Below are positions 24,326-35,600 of a DNA stretch of 64,000 bases, one piece after another. Positions within the stretch are counted from its first letter, which is position 1, and each line of letters opens with the position of its first letter. A program made the position numbers and the translations under genes. The DNA comes from Marsupella aquatica (Eukaryota > Plantae > Marchantiophyta), in NCBI GenBank assembly GCA_973895155.1, contig OZ316898.1:20347292-20411291 (forward strand), in the 5' to 3' direction. The notes beneath the pieces were generated by a model. It saw nothing but the letters and a program-made list of their open reading frames with translations. It did not search any database and was not told the origin of the DNA.

Positions 24326-27300
24326 ATGGAGGTCCCATCTACAGATTTCGAAATCTTGGGAGAACCGATCAACTCACCTGCAGATTTCGATGGTTTGGTC
24401 GAAGCGATCAAAGTGTTGGACTCCTATGCCAGCGAGGCGGACCAGGAGCATTTGATTGGTCAACTAAGGGCATTGTCTGAGAGCGACATTCTGAAATTGT
24501 CCCGCATGAAGGTTCCTGGTGTCAATGAAGGAAAGCTTAATGTTCTTGAGCATCTTTGTGTAATGAAACCTTCCTCAAAAAAAGTGTTCTGTGACGTGCT
24601 AAAGATCCTGCTTGGGAATGAAGATATTGAAGATGTCTGCGATGATGTCCCTCCTTTGCTTCTTCTAGCTGCTTACTGTGGCAACTACGAAGCTGTGACG
24701 GTTCTCTGCAGTACTGAGGGCACAAATATTTTTGCCAAGGATAGTAGAGGGTTCAACGCTTTGCACATGGCTGTGATAAGCGGAGACACACGGATAGCTC
24801 GCGATATAATGTTCCAAGCTTACCGCAAATCGGCCAGGAATTTTAACGACTTGTTGAATGCCTGCGTTCACTACATAGACATGACTCCTTTGCATTTTGC
24901 TGCATGGGAGGGTGACGAGAGTATGACAGATATTCTATTGAACTGGAAACGTACAGTTGAAGTCGTCGGAAGGTCTGACACTAACGTTGTCGTGAACGCG
25001 GAAGCTCGTACCGCTGGCGGCTTGACTGCACTGCACCTGGCAGCGATGAACCATCGCATTGGAGTTTTGTGGCTACTGCTCGACTTGCGGAGTCCTGCGC
25101 GACTAGGTGAAGCATGTCCTATACCTAGGTACCCTGTTGAATCGGAATCGATGCGGGGATGGATGCTGATGTACATCGAAGCAGCTGAGTCTCACGTTTT
25201 GGAGTTCTCCTCTCATCGTCGAAGTGCGTTGCAAAAACAGAGGACGGACCCCCCACTAATGAGGGCGGTTGGGCCTCTTTGGAATGAATTAATGAAAAAT
25301 GTAAGGCCCGACGGAAAAGCGGAGGCGGACAAAGAGCCGGAGGCGCACGAAGACCCGTTGATGCTTTTCTTGGAAGCCATCAGAACGGTAGAATCGCCCG
25401 CATGCGCTGAAGCTTACCGAGAGGTACTTTGCGGTCTACTTCTGTCGTTAACTTGGAGCGAAATCAGGCAACTCAACCGCCTCAAGTTTCCTGGTGCCAA
25501 TGGAGGAAAGCTTACAGTTTGTGGGCACCTCTGTGTGTCGAAAGCTTGCTTACAAAATGTGTTGTCAATTCTCATTAGCGAATCTGAAAGTCCCATTGTG
25601 GAGGAGTTGGAAGGACATCAGATTCCATTGCTTCACCTAGCTGCTTACTGTTCCAACTATGCAGCCGTGAAGGTTTTATGCGACCGTTGGCATGTTGATC
25701 TTGCCAGGAGTAGTACCAACTTTACCGCATTGCACATGGCTGTGAAAGGTGGAGACAAAGAGGTAGTTGAGTGCATACATAAAGCTCTACCATTGGACCA
25801 ATTTTTTCCCGAAGACTTACTGAATTCCAAGGATGACATGGGGATGACTCCATTACATTATGCTGTATGGGAGGGCAACCAGAGTATGCTAGAATTTTTA
25901 CTCCACAGGGTGAAGAAGAGGGGAGAGGAGGAGGACGCGATTGACATAAATGCTTGCGAAAAGAATGGTCTCACTGCATTGCACCTGGCATCGCTAAACA
26001 ATGACAGTTTAAGTTTAGTGAAACTTCTTGACCACTCACATGTCAACGTGAATGCCGCTGACAACAATGGTTTCACTGCATTGCACATGGCATCATGGAA
26101 GAATCACATGGGAGTGTTTTGTAAGCTATTTGACCACCCACAGATCAACGTGAATGCTACTGCTGAGAATGGTCTCACTGCATTGCACATGGCGTCATGG
26201 AACAATAATATTGGAGTTCTATCTAAACTTCTTGACCACCCACAGATCAACGTGAATGCTAGTGACAAACATGGTCTCACCGCATTGCACATGGCATCTT
26301 GGAACAATCACATTGGAGTTCTATGTAAACTCCTTGACCACCCAAAGATCAATATGAATGTTGTTGACACAAAAGGTCTTACTGCATTGTACCTTCCACA
26401 AGGGGAAGCACGGCACCAGATGTCCATAGATATGACTCCTCTGGGGGAATCAATAAGGGAATTGTTGCAGAGCAAATTAGATGACATGGAATCTCACCTT
26501 TGGCAGTTCGCAGTGGATCGAAAAAGTACTTTGGATAAAATAAAAGAGGCGAGACGAGAGACGACAGAAATCACACTTGTGAATGAAGTGCCTCGGCAGG
26601 AGCAACAATTGAGGGGAGATAAAAATCGAAGGAGGGCAGCTGCTTTACTGTTCTCTACTCAAGACTTGGGTGCAAATTCCCAATTCACAGCTCTACATCG
26701 CGCAGCATGGCACGGGGATTCAGTAGTGGTTACAAGTCTAACGGATATGATATCCAATGCAGCACGAGCCAGGTCAGTCTTGAACGCCTTAGATAAGGAT
26801 GGTATGACTGCTTTGCACTTTGCTGTAATGCGAGGAGATGCTTGCATGGTCGAGGATATTCTCAGCAACAAGAGTGTGAGAGGAAATATTCGAGAGGAAC
26901 GTACTGCTACTCACCGAACGCCTCTGAATATGGCTTATCGGCTAGTTAAAGGGGACAATTTCCCGGAGAACACACCGGAGGAGCAACATGAAATTGTACG
27001 AGAGTACAGAGTCATAATTGGTTTACTTCTGGAACATCCAGATGTCAAGAGTTGCATAGACAACCTCTACAAAACCAGACAACTGTATGTTGACGCTGCC
27101 AATGCCATTTTGGTAGGGGCAGCTTTGATTGCAAGTATCACCTTTGCAGGTTGGTTACAACCTCCATTGGGCTATCAGCCGTACTACGACAGCAGATATC
27201 TCCTTACTGGATCAGCACCACCTGATACGTATGCTGTCTATGCATCAGTGAAACAACATGTCAGCGTTCTAAATTTTTGGAACTTCAACAGCTTATCCTT

Positions 27301-27625
27301 TTTTTTTGCCGTAGCAACAGTAATGCTCGGAGCTTGTGTTGTATTGCCCATGCTTGGAAAGGAAGAATTGGAGGCAGATGTAAGACGCATGCGCAACTTG
27401 CATGTGCTGACCACACTGGCCCTAAGTTTCTCGGTGCTCTTTGTACTTGGGGCTTTCATTTCGGCCGGGTTTGCATCGCTTCCGCCCGAGCTTAAGTACC
27501 AATGGGGCATGATTACGACCACTGCAGTGGGGGGATGTATATGCATAGTTGCTTTGTCCTACTATTTGTATCGAGTCATCACACTGATTAATGTGATACG
27601 GAGTGCTGAAAAGGGTGATCTGTAG
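24326..27625 (+). CDS. Intronless ankyrin-repeat protein with C-terminal PGG-like multi-TM domain (ACD6/ITN1-type architecture), 1099 aa
   Basis: Single 3300-nt ORF with many G.TALH.A ankyrin repeats. The C-terminal ANAILVGAALIASITFAGWLQPPLGY aligns with the PGG-domain consensus (L.VATLIATVTFAAGFTPPGG) and is followed by three more hydrophobic helices. Confidence 0.93.
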   Translation: MEVPSTDFEILGEPINSPADFDGLVEAIKVLDSYASEADQEHLIGQLRALSESDILKLSRMKVPGVNEGKLNVLEHLCVMKPSSKKVFCDVLKILLGNEDIEDVCDDVPPLLLLAAYCGNYEAVTVLCSTEGTNIFAKDSRGFNALHMAVISGDTRIARDIMFQAYRKSARNFNDLLNACVHYIDMTPLHFAAWEGDESMTDILLNWKRTVEVVGRSDTNVVVNAEARTAGGLTALHLAAMNHRIGVLWLLLDLRSPARLGEACPIPRYPVESESMRGWMLMYIEAAESHVLEFSSHRRSALQKQRTDPPLMRAVGPLWNELMKNVRPDGKAEADKEPEAHEDPLMLFLEAIRTVESPACAEAYREVLCGLLLSLTWSEIRQLNRLKFPGANGGKLTVCGHLCVSKACLQNVLSILISESESPIVEELEGHQIPLLHLAAYCSNYAAVKVLCDRWHVDLARSSTNFTALHMAVKGGDKEVVECIHKALPLDQFFPEDLLNSKDDMGMTPLHYAVWEGNQSMLEFLLHRVKKRGEEEDAIDINACEKNGLTALHLASLNNDSLSLVKLLDHSHVNVNAADNNGFTALHMASWKNHMGVFCKLFDHPQINVNATAENGLTALHMASWNNNIGVLSKLLDHPQINVNASDKHGLTALHMASWNNHIGVLCKLLDHPKINMNVVDTKGLTALYLPQGEARHQMSIDMTPLGESIRELLQSKLDDMESHLWQFAVDRKSTLDKIKEARRETTEITLVNEVPRQEQQLRGDKNRRRAAALLFSTQDLGANSQFTALHRAAWHGDSVVVTSLTDMISNAARARSVLNALDKDGMTALHFAVMRGDACMVEDILSNKSVRGNIREERTATHRTPLNMAYRLVKGDNFPENTPEEQHEIVREYRVIIGLLLEHPDVKSCIDNLYKTRQLYVDAANAILVGAALIASITFAGWLQPPLGYQPYYDSRYLLTGSAPPDTYAVYASVKQHVSVLNFWNFNSLSFFFAVATVMLGACVVLPMLGKEELEADVRRMRNLHVLTTLALSFSVLFVLGAFISAGFASLPPELKYQWGMITTTAVGGCICIVALSYYLYRVITLINVIRSAEKGDL
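25964..26391 (+). repeat. Recent 102-bp (34-aa) ankyrin tandem expansion, 4 full units plus a partial one
   Basis: aatggt.tcactgcattgcac.tggc.tc...aac...aaacttcttgaccacccacagatcaacgtgaatgc at 25964, 26066, 26168, 26270; partial at 26372. Confidence 0.93.
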
Positions 27626-28800
27626 ACATAGTTTCAGGGTGATCTGTTGACATAGTTTTGTTCTCCTGCTATATCTATCGGGTCATCACACTGGAATTTG
27701 ATACCTGTGGGCCTAGTTTCTTTGTCCTACTGTTTGTATATACTCATCTTACGTGAATTTGATTGGAGGACTCCAAAGGACGAATATAAGAACTAGGATG
27801 AGTAACAAGCATTAGGCAGCTTTGAACAGAATCTGGCTCCGTACCTTCGACCAGGTGCTGCCCCCATGTCCATCTTATCTCTGCATTTAATTTTCCAGTG
27901 TTCCACTCTGATGGGTTTGATCGTGCTTGTGCTTGATCTTCATTCTGTTTATTCCACATCCCAACATTATCTCAGTTGTTAACTTCCCTCACGACGTAGC
28001 TCTACAAGGTCTCAACTAAGAAGACTTCGTGCTTGTCTAGACATCATGCTCTGTTCAAAATGCACTGCTCAATTTTTGTCCAACTCCTAGGATTAGCTGC
28101 TCGTATCAATGCGGTACCTGGTTCAATGGCAACTACTGAATTTCGCGACACATAGGACCGTCTTTAAAGGGACACATACGACCGTCTTCACCACATTGAA
28201 TTTTGAAGATCAAACTTTTGCCCCCGAACGGCTTCTTGTTACTTTTGACTCAATGTCGCACTGCAAGAACTACCACTAATATTTTAGGCAAAATCGTGAG
28301 TTCAATTCTTTGCTATTTGTACTTATCTCAACGAGTATCATCATTTCCGGCCAGAGCTGGTTCAATATGTCTCTTCCCTACTCTAATCATGCACACGCAC
28401 AATATTTGTCTCTTACATGGAGGTTTCTGAACTTAACCCCTTACTTTTGGCAATTATCCAGTGACTCCTTTGGAAGATCCCCCCAGACAGAGTCTCTAGA
28501 ATGCTTGATGTCATTTCTGGAGAAGTAAAGTAGATATGTTCGAGGGAGTTTTCCTGTGAAATGGGCATCTGCTAGCATGTATGAGATTGCTTCCTGAATG
28601 TACCAAGTCAAGGGTTATGAATAGTTACTCGCCAAGTCTCCTTATTGTCATGTAGATACACGTGTAATAACACGTTGCGGCCGTTTGGAAACTTCAATCT
28701 CAATTGATCACCGAGGAAGCATTTGACGTGCTCGGTCTGAATGTAAGCTATGTGCACTGTGAATTTTCTGACTGGGCTTTATAAACGATGAAAGATCATG

Positions 28801-28968
28801 TTGCTACTCTTTGTGACTTGTTCTAACCTACGACCTTGCGATTTAGTTGGAGTTCTTAGGTCTGCAGTGAATGGCCTGTCGCTATCTTGCTGTTCCTACT
28901 CTTTGTGACTTGTCTTTAACCTACGACCTTGGGTTTAGTTGGAGATCTTAAGGCTGCAGTGAAAGGCT
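28801..28968. repeat. Tandem duplication, ~92-bp period x2
   Basis: ctactctttgtgacttgt...aacctacgaccttg..tttagttggag.tctta.g.ctgcagtgaa.ggc at 28804 and 28896. Confidence 0.9.
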
Positions 28969-29479
28969 CCAATTTAGCTTCTGCCTGTCTCTAAGTTTGC
29001 TTTGGAAATTAGGTGATTTTATTGCGTGTCTGGGCTCTGACTTATAATTAAACCACCACTAGCCACATAAAAGGAGAAGTGTCCACTACTTTCAAGACTT
29101 CTCCCCTTTTCACATTTTCTCCTCTAGGGTGAAACTTTGCTCCACAATTTTGTGAAAAAAGTACTAAAAATGGTGAAACCTGGTGGATCATAGACAGGGG
29201 CTTTGCCACCCATGGACACAAGGGCTTTGAGCTATGGTGGCATGCGGATCCCTGTGACATTTTACTTCTTGTTCAGCTTTCCGTTCAAGCGAGCAAATGC
29301 AAAAACCTCTGCCAGCTTCCTGGAAATAAAATAAGTCAGGGCGCTTCAAGTTTCTGATAGGTGACGGCCAATATTGATTGCTTTCAAAGCCCATCTATTC
29401 TTCTCATGATTGAAATTATGTCACAAAGAAAGGCTGTTGAGAGGTAATTGTTGAACAGTGTCTAAGGCTTGCGAGTCCA

Positions 29480-30610
29480 AGAAGTGAACAAAAGCAGGAG
29501 GAGATGCCCTGGAGCCAGATCCAGGACCTCTCATTGAACCTAATTTTCTTCCTTGGAAAGACATATCAATGTGTGAAACTGTGCCATCCATAAATCATGT
29601 GAGCCTTGATGTTGCTCGAGTGTATGACAAAGAACCGGATCGTATCATATCTTGGAGCCTAGAAGAAATCGGAGTTTATGGAATTCCAAATATAAAAAAT
29701 GCCATTCTTCGTTTCATATATAATGCTAAACACATATGTGAATAGCTTCGATTGCAAGTAGAAAGGAAAACTCAACATTGGGGTACATCAGTCTGATGTC
29801 CCAATCGATCGATGTCGTCGAGTCTTTCCCTTGCACAACAATAATCGCCAGAAGTGATTTCCTCTTTTTCTATGGTAAGTCTATCCAATGGGGCCCTCCA
29901 TGAGACAAATGGAAAGGTCTTCTCAAAAGTTGTCGAGAATATTGCAAAACCAAGGTCTAGACAGGTATTTTCATGAACGGCCTTATACCAAACACGCAGC
30001 GCTTTCAATACTTCGATAGCATAAAGTCTTCGTGCGAGCAACGAATTCACGCTCGATAAATTATGTTACAATCCAATGGCTATACAAATCTTCAAAATGC
30101 TAAATGGGCATTGTCGAAGAGGACATTCGACAATGAAGAATCACACAGCTGATTCGAAATCCAAATCGTTGTTCGTGGACAAAACGATATCCAGTTGCAA
30201 ACGTAGTTAGCTTTTAAAAGTAGTGACTCTTCGCACTCGACCATTGCACTGATTTTGAATGCTGTGGCGATTGTTTAACAAACTCATCCCGGTCTAGCTG
30301 AAGCCAGAGGGCAGATCGAGGAGCGAGGCTTGGACGTCGACACACTTCAAAATATTGTCGTGACGAATCGGTATCGGGAATCATTCTCTGTAGCAACGAT
30401 AGGGACCGAAGCGATAACTAGAACAAATCAAACTCACACAAAGTGGGATCGATCCACGATATTTGTCCCGGATAAAGTCTTTGGTCTTTGACTCTCCATT
30501 GCTCACTCGAACAACTGGCACCTCACAAACCATCTTTGGGATTCACAACTGCGTCATGGTTCGGGTACAAAAGAATCTCGAGTGCTGTATGGAGAGACTA
30601 AAAGATTTTT
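29480..30610 (+). pseudogene. Possible decayed intronless ORF of unknown family
   Basis: Protein-like plus-strand stretches with stops and frameshifts (EPNFLPWKDISMCETVPSINHVSLDVARVYDKEPDRIISWSLEEIGVYGIPNIKNAILRFIYNAKH; DFLFFYGKSIQWG; GIFMNGLIPNTQRFQYFDSIK; GLDVDTLQNIVVTNRYRESF). Confidence 0.33.
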
Positions 30611-30829
30611 AAAAATCGATCCGTCTGCAATGCTAGCTGAGCCATCCGAGTCTATTAATAGGCAGACCTATAACCTGGGGGCTCAGGCTGCTGCCGGACA
30701 TCGTCAATAGACTCACTTATTAGAGCAGGCTTTGTGACGTAAATGCGTACGGGAGGGGATGTCCATTGTTGTGCTTGTGAGCTGACGCACGACGGTCATC
30801 AACCTAGAGTGCCTGGGGAGCAGCCTCCA

Positions 30830-32800
30830 TGGGGAGGCGAGTACAGAACCTCAGGAGGCAATTCAGGACGCTCAGAACGAGGTTGGCGCAATCAGAGAGT
30901 CTATGATTAGACTCGAGTAGCAGACGGATGCAAACACGGAAATGTGAGGAAAGCGAGTATTCGAATTGAAAACCTTGAGAAAGAAATTGCTACCGTCAGG
31001 GATGAGAAGCGCGCTCTGAAGGAGAAGAAACAGCAACTAGATACGATGAGAATTCTAGTCCGAGAGCAGTCGGAACTAACACCCAAGTAACATCAAATTC
31101 TGCAGGCCAGATTGTTCCCCCCACCATATCTTGGGGGGGCACATCGAGCTCGCCTGCCTTAGTAGCTGCAAATGCACCACGTGTAGAACATTAATCGACT
31201 TCAAATTTTCAAGGAGCTATGAATCCATCTCGACAGCGCTTCAAGTGGAACTAACAGAAGGCCAAAACCATTGTAGTGTCGTGGAAGAAGGTGGTCAAAG
31301 AGCCACAGAAGAAAGCGTTATCAGTAGCCTCCGAGAGCCCCACTGGTGGTAACCCCACCCTTGTAGCTTGATTTGATACTAAACTTGCAAGATTAGCTCA
31401 GCCCAACTTAGCAACCACTTGAGAAACCCATTTCCCAGTTCCAACCAATCAAACTAGCTCTTTGAGTAAGAAAAGTCAATGGGCCCTGCAGCATAAAGGA
31501 GCTGACAGTGAAAAGCTGACACTGCAAAGAGCAAATCCAGCGGAGCTTTGTCAACAGAGGAAAGCTGGAAATAGTAGACTACTCACCTCCTCCACCGCTT
31601 CCACCTCCACTTCCAGATGAGCACGTCCAAAGGAAGAGAAAACGTAATATCACAAAGCTTTCAAGTGAGATTACTGCTAGGGAATTCTCGAAGTAAAGAG
31701 GAAACATTGATCTGCGACTGAACGAGCTGCCGGCACAACTCTGCAGTAACGCAAACCAGACATCTCTGTTCAAGACTCTGGAGCGATCTGAAGTGGAAAT
31801 TTCCACTTTGGACCGCACAAGAGGGTGCGACACTATGTCTCACGAAAGAGATAGTAACGTGGAACACACTTTACCGCTGGATGTTCACTATACTTCCAAA
31901 GAGAATGTCAGGGATTGCGGCAAAGGTGATGAGTTACGAATGTTTCATGAGCGACACATTGATTGAGCTTGAACATGCTGAGAATGATCGAGAGGACACT
32001 GTGTCGAGACGAAAAGCTAATACCAAGGACAGAGGGGGCTCTGAAGATGTTACATTGCCCACCATCAGGCTGGCTGTGACAGTAAGTGAAAGCGTTGCAG
32101 TCTCTGCAAATAAGAGAAACAATGCAAGCGAGTCATCTAACATTTCCATTAAAGGGAAGCCAACCACCGACGGAGAGTGAGGCTTGAAATTTCGCCCAAA
32201 GGTCAGACAGTGTCAACGGATGCTGCTCGAGCTGCTGGAGTTGACCGAGGACGACGATAGTCGAGAGACATTATCGGCGTCGAGTGTGACGCCTTCGTTA
32301 GCAGACAAGGATATTGGCCCCAAATAGGCTGCACGCATGCCCAAGGGCACAGTTTCGGAGAGAGCGATTAATGATCTCGAGAAAGCAATCTGGTCCCGGA
32401 AGCATTCCCTCTCAAAGAAGATAGACGGAGTTTCCTCTAGCTCTCAAACTTAACCACTCTACACTGGCTTGACGTTTTTGGCAACAAGTTCTCCAAGTCT
32501 GAACCGACTTCATAGTCTTTTCGAGTTGGTCAATTCGTCGACACTATGAAGATGAGATACAATTGCCAAAAATTCCTTTTGACTTATATATCAAGCAACA
32601 AAATTGGCGAAAGCTTCCCCCACAATTTGGAGATCTGCCGGATTGATTGATGTTTCTGAAAATAACTCATCAAAATGTGAGGTGAAAACACATGTTGAAT
32701 TCATGGCATCTTTGTGCATCTCCTCGTGGTTAAAGAGTAGTGTCTCAGAGTTGGACTTTTCAGAGTTCATAACTCAACACTTACTGTTAATGGGCATAGA
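30830..32800 (+). pseudogene. Possible decayed coiled-coil and low-complexity ORF remnants
   Basis: Heptad-like EAIQDAQNEVGAIRESMIRLE and ENLEKEIATVRDEKRALKEKKQQLD, followed by long semi-open plus-strand frames (PPPPLPPPLPDEHVQRKRKR; TLIELEHAENDREDTVSRRKAN) with scattered stops. Confidence 0.28.
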
Positions 32801-32871
32801 CTCTTGCAGAAAACTAGCATTGTATTCGATATCGAGTGTACCAGAACCCTACGTTCAAGCACACTCCGCTC

Positions 32872-33775
32872 TTACGCAGCATGTCCTGCTTCAACAGGGG
32901 GTTCCGCCGGGATTTCTGCATCCTTTGGCAGCGGTGTGGACAGTCCCCAAGAATATCCGTAAGGGTCAAGAATTATCCCGAATCGGGCTCCCCAATATTG
33001 ATTTGCAACTTCCATGGTCACGGTTGCACCTGCTTCGACAGCTCTAGCGACTGCGGCATCAACGTCACTCGTTTCCAAGTGGAGAATAAAAGATGGCCCA
33101 TTCGCTGCGGATTTCTCTCTGCAAGAGACAAATCCGGGTCCCAGGTCAGCCAGAAGAAACACCATATCGCCATGTGCATTTGTGAAATGTCACGCGGAAA
33201 CAAATAACATTCTTGATTATAATCTGGACGCAAATAGTGACGACGAAGTAGCACGATTGGGCCAATGGGGACGTGCAACACAGCCAGCCCGGCGCGTCCA
33301 TAGCTACATTATGGAGGCAGGTCATGCTGAGCACAGACAATCGCCCTTACAAGAAGCCTGTTTTCCACAATACTGAAGACATATGAAAACGTATTTTCAC
33401 GGGCTATCAGTGAAAGCTCGTTCTGGGAGGAATAAGAGGGCACAATACGTACGTTGATGCCACCTCTGCCTCGTCGGCAACAAAAATGTTCGTTTCTCCA
33501 AAGCGAAGGTGCGCGTGTCTTATTAGAGGCTCGTCTTGCTCTGCCTTCCGCTTCGGGACGTACATCTTCTCCACCTCCTCCGCTCCAAAAGCCTTCGTGT
33601 AAAACACAATCGCCTCGGCAGCTTTGGGAGGTGAAACCATGAAGTATGGCGTCGCCACCCCGTACGTAATCGGAACGACAGGCTGCTGTTTGAGCTCGCC
33701 TCCGTTCTCCACATGAAGCTCCGTCGCACCTCCGTTCACCACCCCACCGTCCCCAGCTACTTCCATTTCCGTCAT
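32872..33775 (-). CDS. VOC/glyoxalase-like (PhnB-like; At5g48480-type) protein, 2 exons
   Basis: Exons 33775-33453 and 33118-32872, joined by a phase-2 GT-AG intron with a ctgac branch site. Motifs: PYFMV..KAAEAIVFYTKAFGAEE, PLIRHAHLRFGETNIFVAD, LHLETSDVDAAVARAVEAGA, WGARFGIILDPYGYSW. Confidence 0.93.
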
Positions 33776-35385
33776 CTTCTTCGCTCTCCCGTCTTCCTTT
33801 TCCTGACTGCCAACGGTCCAAAAACTCAGAAAGTCCCAATACGAGGAGAGACGCGACCTCAATTTCTCCACAATCGCTCACGCACTCTCTTTCTACACAT
33901 GAAATGATATTTTCCAGACATGCATCCTCTTCCTCATTGCAATGCTCCGAAAACTCAGAAAATTACAACACTCCGACCGACAAACTCACTCACTCACTCA
34001 CTCATTCTCTTTCCATACATATCAACAAAACCATACCGTACAAAAAGAGCAGACCACGGATTGAGCTATTGACGCAAGTTTTGGTTCGCCCAATCTCCAA
34101 TTCCCGCGCTTCGCGGAACTACCTCCCTCGCCTTCGCTCGATTACGTAGCTGCGAGCTCAATTGCACCTCATTGCCTTGTGTCGCTCGCGTCTTTCCTTC
34201 CCGCCCTGAACATGCGACACAATCAAGAAATGCACTCCGCAAAGACTTTCGAGCTCGAGCTTTGACCGTAAAACAGCTCCGGACTTGTGCGTAATTCAGA
34301 CGCTTTATCAAGGTCTATTCAGGTTTAAGACAGTCCATCCGGGAAAATCTCAAACCATTGTGACCCATTCGGGCTTCTGGTTCTGCAAACGGCCTCCGAC
34401 TTCTTAATTATGAGTTTCTCTTTTTTTACCATCCTACTGTCGTTTAGCACCTAATTAATAACCGTCAGGAGTGCAAACCCCTCATCCGACGGATGGGAGA
34501 TAGCCTCCATACTTTTAATTACACAATAATATAGTATATGTTTTTAAAAGAGTTATAGACACGTGCCTTCTTCACCTTCTCCCTCCTGTTCTTTATCCCA
34601 TAACGTGAGACTGGTGAGAGCCCTGTTCCAGTTGGGTGTGTCCCACCCCCACAGCCCCCAAGGACTTGCGACTGTTCCAAGAAAGATCCCAGGCCAGGTG
34701 CGTTGTGGGGATTGCCCCCTTTTATGGTTCTCAAAGGTTCCATGTGAGGTGTGAGGTTTTTTAAGCAATGGTGACGGTGCACCAGATTTGGGGTTTCATG
34801 TGGGTATGCTCCATTGGACTTGGGATGATCCTTAGCAGAGCTGCGTTATGGGGGTTATCCCCTCTTTTTTAAACTATTCTATCTATGTGGGTATGTCCTA
34901 TTGGACCTGACATCGCTCTAAGAGTGATACTAAGCTAAGCTGCCGGCACTGTGGGGGTTGACACCCCTTTTTTTTTACGGACATGTTCAACCACAGATTT
35001 CACATCGGGTCGCGGTGTGGGGATAAGCATGCATTAAATATGGTCCTCAGGGCCCCCTTACACAATAGGGCATGTCCATCCATATAAGTAATTTAAAACT
35101 GAGCATTCAATTGAATTGTTCAACCCCAAAAATTTGAGATTTGGCACCTTTACAGCTCATGAAAAACATGTGGGAATTAGTTTAATTACTGTACATGTAT
35201 GTAAAACAGGTATTAAATACCAAGCAACGGGTACATGATTGGACTGTAGCTAGGACCCATGCAAAACCCAAACTGGTCTCTTCTTGTTGGGTTGGGTGGG
35301 GGTTGGCCATTCTTGTTGGGTTGGGCAGGGGTTGGCACTTGTCAACAGGATCGTAGACACTTCTTGAATTTTTCCTTTGTACAAG

Positions 35386-35600
35386 GTTATGAGGCATTAA
35401 CCCTGGGTGAAGACCCTTAGGCCAGCTGGCCTGGGTATATGAAATTTGAATGAGAAATATAATAAAATGCAAGTGACATACAATAGAGGATAAACCTTTT
35501 TCTATGTAAAACTGAACTGAATGTTATGTAAAAATTCATTCAGGCCTTGAGCTCCGTAACTCATGTCCACTTGGGGATATAGCCCATTACCCCCTCTTGG
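35386..35600 (+). mobile_element. Dispersed repeat, copy 1 (unclassified TE fragment)
   Basis: Colinear similarity with 56172-56430: ggttatgaggcattaaccc, ttgaatgagaaata, tgcaagtgaca, ctatgtaaaa, gtaactcat...cacttggggat, cccattacccc. Confidence 0.7.

Noticed and set aside
24537-27546. Many short minus-strand ORFs
   Set aside because: Antisense shadows of the ankyrin ORF.
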